From: Acidobacteriota bacterium
Lineage (GTDB): Bacteria > Acidobacteriota > Vicinamibacteria > Marinacidobacterales > Marinacidobacteraceae
Reading direction: 5' to 3'
Assembly: GCA_009840635.1 (NCBI GenBank)
Contig: VXNL01000074.1
Coordinates: forward strand, 28,156-92,155
Length of the DNA: 64,000 bases
Below are positions 19,145 through 28,082 of the stretch, piece after piece. Position 1 is the first letter of the stretch; every line of letters begins with the position of its first letter. The notes below the pieces were generated by a model, which made no database searches, had not been told where the DNA came from, and saw nothing but the letters and a program-made list of their open reading frames with translations. Made by a program: the position numbers and the translations under genes.

Positions 19145-19674
19145 ACCGTTCACCGGGACTCGCTGGAGTCCTCTCCGTGCTGTTCCCCGGCCTCGGTCAT
19201 CTCTATGCCGGAGCCACGGCGCGCGGCCTGGCGCTCGCGGGGGCGTTCATCGCCCTCCTGCAGGAGGAACTCGTTCCCTTCGTGCTGGCCGTGTGGATCT
19301 TCGGGATCGTGAACGCAATCCGGACCGCGGAGGAGATCGTGCGAGCGCATGCCGAAGGCCGGCCCGCGGCCGTCTCGCTCGATCGGAACTGGGCCACCGG
19401 ACTGATGGCGGCCGGCGTGCTCGCGACGCTCGCTCTCATTCCCGACCTCGAGTGGGCCCTGAGGTTCTGGCCGCTCCTGCTGGTCTGGGTCGGATTCCGG
19501 CTCTACCAGGGACAGCCCGTGATCCCCGGATCCGCCGGTGCGCCGGCGGGGACTTCGGGGGCCGTCCCGCCGGCCGAAGCGGCGGATACGGCGCGGGCTG
19601 CGGGTCCGCCCCCCGCTCCACCCGCACCGGAGCACGGCCCGCCCCTGGCCCGGACGGACGAGGAGGCGGACTAG
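19141..19674 (+). CDS. Membrane protein (LiaF/DUF5668-like TM region)
   Basis: SPGLAGVLSVLFPGLGHLY, RFWPLLLVWVG; coupled to the anti-sigma gene. Confidence 0.65.
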   Translation: MNRSPGLAGVLSVLFPGLGHLYAGATARGLALAGAFIALLQEELVPFVLAVWIFGIVNAIRTAEEIVRAHAEGRPAAVSLDRNWATGLMAAGVLATLALIPDLEWALRFWPLLLVWVGFRLYQGQPVIPGSAGAPAGTSGAVPPAEAADTARAAGPPPAPPAPEHGPPLARTDEEAD

Positions 19675-19676
19675 AC

Positions 19677-19877
19677 GTGGCTCGCAACGACAACTGGTCA
19701 GGACCGATCCTGATCGTCATCGGAATCGTCTTCCTGCTGTCCAACCTCGACATCGTCGATCTGGGCGATCTCCTTCGCTTCTGGCCGCTCATCCTGATCG
19801 CGGTCGGCGCGCGGCTGGTGTTTCGCGACCGCGGCTCCGGTTCGGGATCGTCATCCGGCCCCCCGCCCCCTCCGTGA
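19677..19877 (+). CDS. Small LiaI/LiaF-like (DUF5668) two-helix membrane protein
   Basis: GPILIVIGIVFLLSNL...LRFWPLILIAVG; GGAGG SD upstream of GTG. Confidence 0.75.
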   Translation: MARNDNWSGPILIVIGIVFLLSNLDIVDLGDLLRFWPLILIAVGARLVFRDRGSGSGSSSGPPPPP

Positions 19878-21583
19878 CGGACCCGGGAGCGGCGGCAAAC
19901 CCGCCACGTTCCGGGAGCGGGTGCGGCATCGCGTTCGGAATCGGGCTGATCCTGGCGGGAGGCCTTTTCCTCTGGGTCAACCTCACGGACACGCCCCTCG
20001 CGCTGCTTCTCCTCGACGCCCTGCCGCTGGCTGCAGTCTGGTGGCCGCTCCTGCTGGTGGCGTGGGGCGCCTGGAAGGTCATCACCCGACTGCGGACCGG
20101 TCGGGCCGGACTGGGATTCGGGGAGGTCTTCCTCATGCTGTTGTTCATCCTCGGCGGCACCGTCTTCACGCTGGCCCAGCGCGCCATCGAGAGCCAGGGG
20201 TTGGAGCCCCGCCTGACGGAAGTACGGCGTCTGATCGAACAGCAGTCGGGATCGTTTCCCGTCCATGCCTTCGTCACGGAAGAGTCCGTTTCGCTTGCGG
20301 CCGAGGGAGAGGTGGAGATCCTGATTTCGCTGCCGGCCGGCAACATCCGGGTGGAAGCGGCTTCCGCCGCGGATACCGCCGCCCCCGTGACCCCCGTTCC
20401 GGAGTCGGACGGCCAGGAGGTGCCCGGCGCGGCGGGAATCGAGGGCCGGCTGCAGCTCGTGAAGCGCGTGTGGGCCACCGACGGCCAGGCGGCCGCCGCG
20501 CGGGCCGCTGCCGTACGGCTCCGCACCGGCCCCCTTGACCCCGCAACGCGGCAGTTTCCTGTCCGGGTCGAAGACTCCGGGACGTCCGAAGTGGCGCTCG
20601 AGCTGCTCGCGACGCTCCCTCCGGGGGTGCGGATCTCCGCCTTTACCGACGAAGGATGGGTGCGGGTGGACGGTCCGTTCGCCCGGGTGGAAGCCCGCAC
20701 CGATGACGGTCCCGTAGAGGTCCGGGGCGCGGGAGGCCCCGTCGCGCTCACGGTGCGCAACGGGACGGCCTGGGCCTCGGGGATCGCGGGTGCGCTCTCG
20801 ATCGAGGCGGAGCGCGCGCCTGTCGAAGTGGATGGAGTCGCGGGGAGCCTGGCGGTCGATGCGGAGGGCGCTCCGGTGTGGATCTCGGGAGCGGAGTCCT
20901 CCGTCACCGTTCGCGGGCGAAACGCGCCCGTTGCGGTTGAGGACTCGTTCGGACCGATCGAGGTCGTGACCCGCATCTCTCCCATCCGTCTGGACCGGAT
21001 CGGCGGTTCCGCGGTCCTGCGCTCCGAGTTCGGCGACGTCGTGGCCACCTCCATCGAAGGGCCGCTCGAGATCCGGACCGACTCCGCCGACCTCGAAGTA
21101 AGGAGGGCGCGTTCCGGAGTGGATGTTCAGGCGGCCGGTGGATCGCTGGTTCTCGACGAGGTCGCGGGCGCGCTCACGGTGGCCAGCGGCCGCGGCGACG
21201 TGCGGGCGTCGCGACTGTTCGGACCGGCGACCTTCACGGGCGACGCCGGGGGCATCACGGTGCGAGGATTCGCGGACGCCCTGTCGGTCCTGAGTGGAGA
21301 CGCCGAGGTGGACGTCGCCACGGACGCACTCGGTGGAGAGGTCGGCCTCGTGACGGAGCGCGGGGATGTCCGGTTGGCGCTGCCGTCCGCGGGATCCTTC
21401 TCCCTTGCCGCCGAGACCGGCGGCGGCGACGTCGATAGCGAGTTCACCCTGGAGCGGCGCGAGGCGGACGGGAGGTCACGATGGGAAGGCCGCGCGGGGG
21501 CCGGGGCCGAACGGGTGACGATTTCGACCGAGGGAGGCGACATCACGGTGCGGGCGCATCCCCCCGCAGGGGGAGACCGGTGA
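19874..21583 (+). CDS. DUF5668 + DUF4097 (beta-solenoid) membrane protein
   Basis: N-terminal TM helices with WWPLLL, then many xTxxGxVxV-type repeats ending TISTEGGDITVR. Confidence 0.75.
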   Translation: MTDPGAAANPPRSGSGCGIAFGIGLILAGGLFLWVNLTDTPLALLLLDALPLAAVWWPLLLVAWGAWKVITRLRTGRAGLGFGEVFLMLLFILGGTVFTLAQRAIESQGLEPRLTEVRRLIEQQSGSFPVHAFVTEESVSLAAEGEVEILISLPAGNIRVEAASAADTAAPVTPVPESDGQEVPGAAGIEGRLQLVKRVWATDGQAAAARAAAVRLRTGPLDPATRQFPVRVEDSGTSEVALELLATLPPGVRISAFTDEGWVRVDGPFARVEARTDDGPVEVRGAGGPVALTVRNGTAWASGIAGALSIEAERAPVEVDGVAGSLAVDAEGAPVWISGAESSVTVRGRNAPVAVEDSFGPIEVVTRISPIRLDRIGGSAVLRSEFGDVVATSIEGPLEIRTDSADLEVRRARSGVDVQAAGGSLVLDEVAGALTVASGRGDVRASRLFGPATFTGDAGGITVRGFADALSVLSGDAEVDVATDALGGEVGLVTERGDVRLALPSAGSFSLAAETGGGDVDSEFTLERREADGRSRWEGRAGAGAERVTISTEGGDITVRAHPPAGGDR

Positions 21584-22500
21584 GGCGTTCCGTTCCCGTT
21601 CTCGTCGCCGTCCTGGCGGTGCCGGGCGTTTTGTGGTGGGGCTGTCTTCCCGGCGTCGATCAGACATCGGTGGAGACGATCCGCCAGCCCGGAGCCCCCG
21701 AGCTCGCGATCCGCCTCGATCGCGGTTCGGTGATCGTCCGGGAACACCTCGGCGCCGAGTTCGAGATCGAGGTCTGGCGAACCGCCCAGGCGCCTTCCCG
21801 GGAAGCCGCCCGGGCGGCGCTCGAAGCCCTCGTCGTCGATTTCGAGCGCGACCCGGATTCGGGCGCCCTGACCGTCACCGGCCGCAGCGCCGCGGCCGGG
21901 ACCTTTCGGCCGTGGGAAGAACTCGCTCTCAGCCTGAGGATCGCCGTCCCGCCGGGCACGGCGGTGGATGCCCGGACCGGTTCCGGGAGGATCGAACTGG
22001 AGGGCCTCACCGGCCCCACGCGGGCGACCTCAGCCTCCGGCCGCATTGCCGCCAACGACCTCTGGTCGCCGGCGGGGCGGGCGGCGGAGCCGATCCGGCT
22101 ACGCACCGCGGACGGCCGGATCGCGGCGCAGGGCCTCGAGGGGCACGTCCGGGCCGAAAGCGGAGACGGGCGCATCGAGCTCGAGGGACGACTGCAAGAG
22201 GTCACCGCGGTGACGAGCGACGGACGTATCGAGATCGACGTCCGCGGGGGTGGTCCCCCGCCGACTGGCGAGTGGTATCTGCGGACGGGGAGCGGCCCGG
22301 TGCGGCTCACCCTGCCGCGAATCACGGACGCCGTGGTGACGGCCGTGGGAAGGCCGGACTCCGATGACCGCCGCGACGTTTCCGACTGGCAGCGGGAGGG
22401 GCCGTTGGCGCTCGCCACGCTGGGCGATGGGTCGGGACCGCGCATCCACCTGCGGACGGGTGACGGCTCGGTCCGGGTGAGGGTCGCCGACCGGAACTGA
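21580..22500 (+). CDS. DUF4097-family protein, probable lipoprotein
   Basis: Signal-like N-terminus ending LWWGC; repeats ARTGSGRIEL, RTADGRIA, ESGDGRIEL, RTGDGSVRV. Confidence 0.75.
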   Translation: MRRSVPVLVAVLAVPGVLWWGCLPGVDQTSVETIRQPGAPELAIRLDRGSVIVREHLGAEFEIEVWRTAQAPSREAARAALEALVVDFERDPDSGALTVTGRSAAAGTFRPWEELALSLRIAVPPGTAVDARTGSGRIELEGLTGPTRATSASGRIAANDLWSPAGRAAEPIRLRTADGRIAAQGLEGHVRAESGDGRIELEGRLQEVTAVTSDGRIEIDVRGGGPPPTGEWYLRTGSGPVRLTLPRITDAVVTAVGRPDSDDRRDVSDWQREGPLALATLGDGSGPRIHLRTGDGSVRVRVADRN

Positions 22501-22548
22501 TCCCGGGCAGCGGCCCGATTCCGGCCCGGACTGTCGCCGCGCGGCGGT

Positions 22549-23454
22549 TCAGTAGCGCGGAGCCGGCAAGGGAGAACCGGTGATCTGGCGGTAGGCGCTG
22601 AGGAAACGCTCGGTCGTCCCCCGCACGATGCTGTCGGGCAGGTGCGGCGCCGGCGGCTCCTTGTTCCAGTCGACCGTTTCCAGGTAGTCGCGGACGTACT
22701 GCTTGTCGAAGCTGGACTGGAGTTTCCCGGGGGCGTATTCGTCGGCGGGCCAGAACCGCGAAGAATCCGGAGTCAGGACCTCGTCGATCACGTAGAGCTT
22801 CCCGTCGTCGTCGTGTCCGAACTCGAACTTGGTGTCGGCAATGATGATGCCCCGCTCGGCGGCCCATTCCACCCCGCTCGCATAGATCTCCCGGGAGATC
22901 TCGTGGAGGCGGGTGGTCAGCTCCCGGCCCAGCGCGTTCGCCATGAAGTCCTCGCTCACGTTCTCGTCGTGACCGTCCTCGGCCTTCGTGGCCGGCGTGA
23001 AGAGCGGCTCGGGGAAACGCTCGGCCAGTTGCATCCCGCTCGGGAGCGAGATGCCGCACACGCTGCCTTCCCGTCCGTACTCCTTCCAGCCTGACCCGTA
23101 GAGGAACCCGCGCATCACGCACTCGAAGGGAATCGGGTTCAGCCGGCGCACCAGCATGGAACGTCCGTCCAGCATTCCCTTCGCCGGCGCCAGCACGTCG
23201 GGGTACTCGTCCACGTCGTCGGTCACCAGGTGATTGGGAACGATGTGCTCGGTCCGCCGCAGCCACCAGGCACTCAGGCTGTTCAGCACCCGGCCCTTCT
23301 CGGGGATCCCCTCCGGAAGCACGACGTCGAAGGCCGACACCCGGTCCGTCGTCACCAGCAGGAGTTGGTCGCCGACGGCGTAGATGTCGCGGACCTTGCC
23401 GCGGGAACGGAGGGCAACACCCTCCAGCGAGGTCGTCAGAACTGCTTCAGCCAT
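22549..23454 (-). CDS. purC: SAICAR synthetase
   Basis: RGKVRDIY, TDRVSAFD, FTPATKA, ADTKFEFG, DEVLTPDSSRFW, SFDKQYVRD. Confidence 0.97.
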   Translation of the reverse strand: MAEAVLTTSLEGVALRSRGKVRDIYAVGDQLLLVTTDRVSAFDVVLPEGIPEKGRVLNSLSAWWLRRTEHIVPNHLVTDDVDEYPDVLAPAKGMLDGRSMLVRRLNPIPFECVMRGFLYGSGWKEYGREGSVCGISLPSGMQLAERFPEPLFTPATKAEDGHDENVSEDFMANALGRELTTRLHEISREIYASGVEWAAERGIIIADTKFEFGHDDDGKLYVIDEVLTPDSSRFWPADEYAPGKLQSSFDKQYVRDYLETVDWNKEPPAPHLPDSIVRGTTERFLSAYRQITGSPLPAPRY

Positions 23455-23566
23455 CCGGGAATTCTACGGAGGAAGCGCGCGGAAAAATGACGAAAAACCG
23501 GCTGGATGGCGGTCCGCTCCCGGTCGCGATCCGCGGCGCGCGTTTCGCCTCCCTCCGGTCGGCGAT

Positions 23567-23588
23567 GCCGGCCGGAGGCCGGCGCTCC
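23567..23588. repeat. REP-like family-2 variant just downstream of pnp
   Basis: GCCGGCCGGAGGCCGGCGCTCC resembles GCCGGCTGAAGCCGGCGTTCC. Confidence 0.45.
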
Positions 23589-23597
23589 GAGTCCCTG

Positions 23598-25769
23598 CTA
23601 GCGGCGGCGGTCGCCGCGGTCGCGATCGCGATCGCGGCCGCCACGCCGGCGCGGCGGCCGGGGCGGCAGCGGCGGCAGGCCCGCCCGCTCGCGGATGATG
23701 TCCTTGCAGGAAAGGCGCGTCCGTCCGTTGCCATCCACCTCGATGACCCGGACTTCGACCTCGTCTCCCTCCTGGAGTTCGTCCCGCACGCTGTTGACGT
23801 GGCGGTCCGCGATCTCCGAGATGTGGAGCAGACCATCCGTTCCCGGAAGGATCTCCACGAAGGCGCCGAAGTCCACGATCGTCTTCACGACGCCGTGATA
23901 GTCGCGCCCGACTTCGGGAAGCTGGCTCACCGCGATGGACTCGATCCGCTCCTTCGCCCGCGCCGTGGACTTGGCGTCGAGGCCGGCGATGTGGATGGTG
24001 CCGTCGTCCGATACGTCGACCCGCGCTCCGGTTTCGTCGGTGATCGCCCGAATCGTCTTGCCGCCGGGCCCGATGACCTCCCGGATCTTCCGCACGGGAA
24101 TCTTCATGGTGAGGATCGCGGGGGCGTACTGGGAGGTTTCGCTCCGGGGAGCCGGAATCTCGGCCGCCATGGCCTTGAGGATCTCGACGCGGGCCCGACG
24201 CGCCTGCTCGAGGGCATCGGTCACGATGTCGAGACGCAGTCCGGAGATCTTGATGTCCATCTGCAGCGCGGTGATCCCATTGGCCGTGCCCGCGACCTTG
24301 AAGTCCATGTCTCCGTAGTGATCTTCAGCTCCCGCAATGTCGGTCAGCACCCGGTACTCGTCTCCCCGGGTGATGAGACCCATCGCAATGCCGGCGATGG
24401 GAGCCTTGAGCGGCACGCCGGCATCCATGAGCGAGAGGCAGCCCCCGGTCACCGCGGCCATGGAGCTCGATCCGTTGGACTCCAGGGTGTCGGAAACCAC
24501 CCGGATGGCGTAGTTGAACTGGTCCTCGCCAGGGATCGCGGGCAAGAGGGCGCGCTCGGCGAGCGCGCCGTGCCCGATTTCACGCCGGCCCGGACCACGC
24601 ATCATCCGGGCTTCTCCCACGGAGAAGGCCGGGAAGTTGTAGTGGAGGAGGAAGCGCTTTTCCCCGGAGCCGTGCACCCAGTCGAGGCGCTGACTCTCAC
24701 TGAGCGGAGCCAGGGTGGTGACCACGAGCGCCTGCGTCTCGCCACGCGTAAAGACGGCGGACCCGTGCGTCCTGGGCAGCACGCCCACGTCGCAGCTCAA
24801 CTGCCGAATCTCGTCGAACGCCCGCCCGTCCAGGCGCTTTCCTTCCTCGAGGATCGTGCAGCGGAGGATGTCCTCTTCCATCGCCTTGACGATGCCGGAG
24901 GCAGCGGAGCGCTCTTCGTCGCTCCGGTCTTCGAGAGTGGAAGCGATGGCCGTCTTGACCTCGTCGACGGCCCGGGAGGCCTCGAGCTTGCCCGGCGTCT
25001 GCAACGCATCCTTCAGCCGGTCGCGGAATCCGTCCGCGATTTCGGTGGCCAGGCCGGGGTCCGGTTCCTTGGCGACCACCACCTGTTTCTTCGGCTGGAG
25101 CCGGCTCACAAGTTCCTGCTGGATGCCGACGATGCGGCGGATTCCCTCGTGGGCGAAGCTGAGCGCCTCCACCATCCGGGCCTCGGGTACGTCTTCCGCC
25201 CCCGCCTCGACCATCACGATGGCGTCGTCGGAGCCGGCCACGACGAGATTCAGCGCCGACCGATCCAGATCGGAGAACGTCGGGCAGAGAACGAACTCAT
25301 CGTCCACGAGGCCGACGCGCACTGCGCCGATGGAAGTGTCGAAGGGGAGATCCGAGATTCCAAGCGCAGCCGCCGCCCCGGTAATCGCCAGAACGTCGGA
25401 GTCGTTCTCACGATCCGTGGACAGCAGGAGACAGGTGACCTGTGTCTCGCGCCGCCAGCCGCTCGGGAACAGCGGTCGCAGCGGACGGTCGATAAGCCGA
25501 CAGGTGAGGATCTCCTTCTCGTTGGGCCGCCCCTCCCGCTTGAAGAATCCCCCCGGGATTCGACCCGCCGCGTAGAAGCTCTCCCGATAGTCCACCGCCA
25601 GCGGCAGGAAATCGACGTCGGGCCGGTCGCTTCGGGAAGCCGTTACCGCGGCCAGCACGACCGTGTCACCCAATCGGACGGTCACCGCGCCCGCCGCTTG
25701 CCGGGCGAGCCGGCCTGTTTCAATGATCAGATCGTTGCTGCCGATCTGGGTCTGTACCGTTTCAATCAA
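23598..25769 (-). CDS. pnp: Polyribonucleotide nucleotidyltransferase (PNPase)
   Basis: GRIPGGFFKREGRP, RLIDRPLRP, RREIGHG, ESNGSSSMA, DMDFKVAG, KH and S1 domains. Confidence 0.98.
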   Translation of the reverse strand: MIETVQTQIGSNDLIIETGRLARQAAGAVTVRLGDTVVLAAVTASRSDRPDVDFLPLAVDYRESFYAAGRIPGGFFKREGRPNEKEILTCRLIDRPLRPLFPSGWRRETQVTCLLLSTDRENDSDVLAITGAAAALGISDLPFDTSIGAVRVGLVDDEFVLCPTFSDLDRSALNLVVAGSDDAIVMVEAGAEDVPEARMVEALSFAHEGIRRIVGIQQELVSRLQPKKQVVVAKEPDPGLATEIADGFRDRLKDALQTPGKLEASRAVDEVKTAIASTLEDRSDEERSAASGIVKAMEEDILRCTILEEGKRLDGRAFDEIRQLSCDVGVLPRTHGSAVFTRGETQALVVTTLAPLSESQRLDWVHGSGEKRFLLHYNFPAFSVGEARMMRGPGRREIGHGALAERALLPAIPGEDQFNYAIRVVSDTLESNGSSSMAAVTGGCLSLMDAGVPLKAPIAGIAMGLITRGDEYRVLTDIAGAEDHYGDMDFKVAGTANGITALQMDIKISGLRLDIVTDALEQARRARVEILKAMAAEIPAPRSETSQYAPAILTMKIPVRKIREVIGPGGKTIRAITDETGARVDVSDDGTIHIAGLDAKSTARAKERIESIAVSQLPEVGRDYHGVVKTIVDFGAFVEILPGTDGLLHISEIADRHVNSVRDELQEGDEVEVRVIEVDGNGRTRLSCKDIIRERAGLPPLPPRPPRRRGGRDRDRDRGDRRR

Positions 25770-25855
25770 CTTTCTTCTTCCTTCTCTGATGCCGGGAACC
25801 TGCCTGGGTTCGTGGCGTGCGTTTGCCTGAGCGGCCGGCCGGGTGCGCGCCGGAA

Positions 25856-26125
25856 CTACTTTCTGAGACCGAGGGAAGTGATCAGGGTTCGATACCGTTC
25901 GACGTCTTCCCGCCGCAGATAGTCCAGCAGCCGCCGGCGCCGGCTGACCATGCGGAGCAGGCCCCGCCGCGAGGCGTGGTCCTTCCGATGATCGTTGAAA
26001 TGGTCCGCCAGTCCGGTGATCCGCGCCGTCAGGAGCGCGACCTGGACTTCCGGTGAACCGGCGTCCGTATCGTGCCGCCGGTATTTCTCGACGATGGCGC
26101 GCCGTGATGTCTGTGTGAGTGCCAA
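25856..26125 (-). CDS. rpsO: 30S ribosomal protein S15
   Basis: [28 protein letters not shown]. Confidence 0.97.
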   Translation of the reverse strand: MALTQTSRRAIVEKYRRHDTDAGSPEVQVALLTARITGLADHFNDHRKDHASRRGLLRMVSRRRRLLDYLRREDVERYRTLITSLGLRK

Positions 26126-26352
26126 TTCCCTGTTTCCCTGATTGCCGCCAGCCGGGCCGGCGCTGCTTCAGTCTTTCCTATGCCGCCTGATGAATGGTTC
26201 GGTCTGCCGGGCTCGCTGCCCGCCGGCCAAGACGCTCGGTCTTCGTGATCACAATTCCCGGGTCGGCTGGTCGTTCGCGGCGCACCTTACCACACCGGGG
26301 GCGAACCCCGGCGCCCCGGCGGAGTCACCGAACGGCCCCCGGGTCGGGACTG

Positions 26353-27300
26353 TCATTCGGACGTCCGAGCCGCGTTCCAGACCACCAGCGGGCGCCAACC
26401 GTCCGGCGTGGCCGAAACCACGGCGATCAACGCGAGGCCGCTCTCGTCGGCCGAACCCGCGGGCGGATGGGGGGCTGCAACCGCAGAGCGGACCTCCCCG
26501 TCGGATGGCGGGCCCGTGGCCTGGTCCGCGTGCTCACCGGCAGCGCCGTAAGGAAGCACACGGCCGTGGCCCAGGAGTCCGGCCTCCGCCGGGGATACCA
26601 GCAGTCGCGGCATCCCGTTCAAGGCCGCGAGCGGGTCCAGGAGACGCGCAGCGATGGCGTCCCGATTCGGGAGCCCGTCGAGCCGCGTCGCGGCCGACAC
26701 CTCGAAGGGCCCCACGCCGGTGCGCCGCAGGGCGGCCAGGTGAGCCGCGCCGCCGAGTCGCTCGCCGAGGTCTCGGGCGAGGGCGCGGATGTACGTGCCC
26801 GGCCCCACCTGGCAGGCGAACTCCGCCACCTTCCCGTCGTAACCGATGAGCCGAAGTTCGTCCACCCGGACCCGGCTCGGGGCCAGACGCACGGGACGGC
26901 CCGCCCGCGCCAAACGATATGCCCGGCGGCCGCCAACCCGCTTCGCCGAGTAGCGAGGCGGAATCTGGTCAATCTCGCCGAGAAACTCCGGAAGCACCTG
27001 CAGGATCGCCGACGATTCCGGACAGGCCGCGGGAACGCCCAGCGGCTGCCCGGTAGCGTCGTCCGTATCGGTGGCCTGCCCGAAACACACCCGGGCGCGA
27101 TAGCGCTTGGCGCCCCCGGCCACAAACCGCACGAGCCGGGTAGCCCGGCCTACGCAGACGGGCAGCAGTCCGGTTGCGAAGGGATCGAGGGAACCGGCGT
27201 GACCGGTCCGGACGCCGCCAAGGGTTGCCCGGATACGCCGTACGACCGCGAAGGAACTGAGTCCCTCGTCCTTGTCCACGAGGAGGAGGCCCGAAATCAG
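26353..27300 (-). CDS. truB: tRNA pseudouridine(55) synthase; probable CTG start overlapping the rbfA stop
   Basis: (L)ISGLLLVDKDEG, GHAGSLDPFATGLL, QIPPRYSAK, GTYIRALARDLG. Confidence 0.93.
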   Translation of the reverse strand: MISGLLLVDKDEGLSSFAVVRRIRATLGGVRTGHAGSLDPFATGLLPVCVGRATRLVRFVAGGAKRYRARVCFGQATDTDDATGQPLGVPAACPESSAILQVLPEFLGEIDQIPPRYSAKRVGGRRAYRLARAGRPVRLAPSRVRVDELRLIGYDGKVAEFACQVGPGTYIRALARDLGERLGGAAHLAALRRTGVGPFEVSAATRLDGLPNRDAIAARLLDPLAALNGMPRLLVSPAEAGLLGHGRVLPYGAAGEHADQATGPPSDGEVRSAVAAPHPPAGSADESGLALIAVVSATPDGWRPLVVWNAARTSE

Positions 27301-27722
27301 TTCTTCTCCTCGCCCGGCCGGACGGGCGGCTCCCCGTCACCTCCCTCCGGGGACTCGTCCCCCGACGTCCCCTGGTGGGCGGCGCGCTCCTGGTCGAGGA
27401 TCTGCTCCAGACGGATCGAGAACTCGACCGACGGATCGAACACGAACCGAATCTCCGGAGTCGCGCGCAGCCGGATTCGGGTCCCCAGCAGGGTCCGCAC
27501 CCGGCCCCGGGCCCGGCCGAGGACGGCGAGCGTCTCCTTCTGGTCGGCGTCGCTGCCGTAGACCGAAACATAGACCCGGGCGAGGGTGAGATCGCCGGTC
27601 AGCTCGACGCGGGTCACCGTGGCGCGCCCGACCCGGGGATCCGCCAGTTCGAACCGCAGGATGCCGGCCACTTCCCGCCGGATCGCCTCGGCGACCCGCT
27701 CGCGCCTTCCCCCGGTTCTCAT
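27297..27722 (-). CDS. rbfA: Ribosome-binding factor A
   Basis: RRERVAEAIRREVA, DPRVG, DLTLARVYVS, LRATPEIRFVFD. Confidence 0.93.
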   Translation of the reverse strand: MRTGGRRERVAEAIRREVAGILRFELADPRVGRATVTRVELTGDLTLARVYVSVYGSDADQKETLAVLGRARGRVRTLLGTRIRLRATPEIRFVFDPSVEFSIRLEQILDQERAAHQGTSGDESPEGGDGEPPVRPGEEKN

Positions 27723-27726
27723 CGAG

Positions 27727-28035
27727 CTACTCCTGAACGGCCAACCACTCGATCGCGGTGTCCGCCACCTCCGAAGGGTAAGCGCGAATGGCGATGCTGC
27801 GCGCCGTGTCCAGCCGGGCGGCCACGACCTCCTCTCCGAGACCGACAGCGACCACCGAAATCTCCGCCTCCCTGAGCATCTCCGGATCTCCGGTTTCGGC
27901 AACCGCCACCAGACAGCGGGCGCGCAACCTGTCCGACAGCGACCGGACGACGCTGCGCCGATCCTTCCGCGACCGTGCGTACGGAAGTCGCAGGGTGATG
28001 CGGAGCAGCCCCACCCGCGTTCTGGGACCGGTCAC
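27727..28035 (-). CDS. DUF503 (YlxP-like) protein
   Basis: VGLLRITLRLPYARSRKDRRSVVRSL, VAVAETG; usual position between infB and rbfA. Confidence 0.82.
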   Translation of the reverse strand: MTGPRTRVGLLRITLRLPYARSRKDRRSVVRSLSDRLRARCLVAVAETGDPEMLREAEISVVAVGLGEEVVAARLDTARSIAIRAYPSEVADTAIEWLAVQE

Positions 28036-28082
28036 GCGATGAAATGCCTACCGGGAGAACCGGGCTCGTCCGCGCGCCAGGT

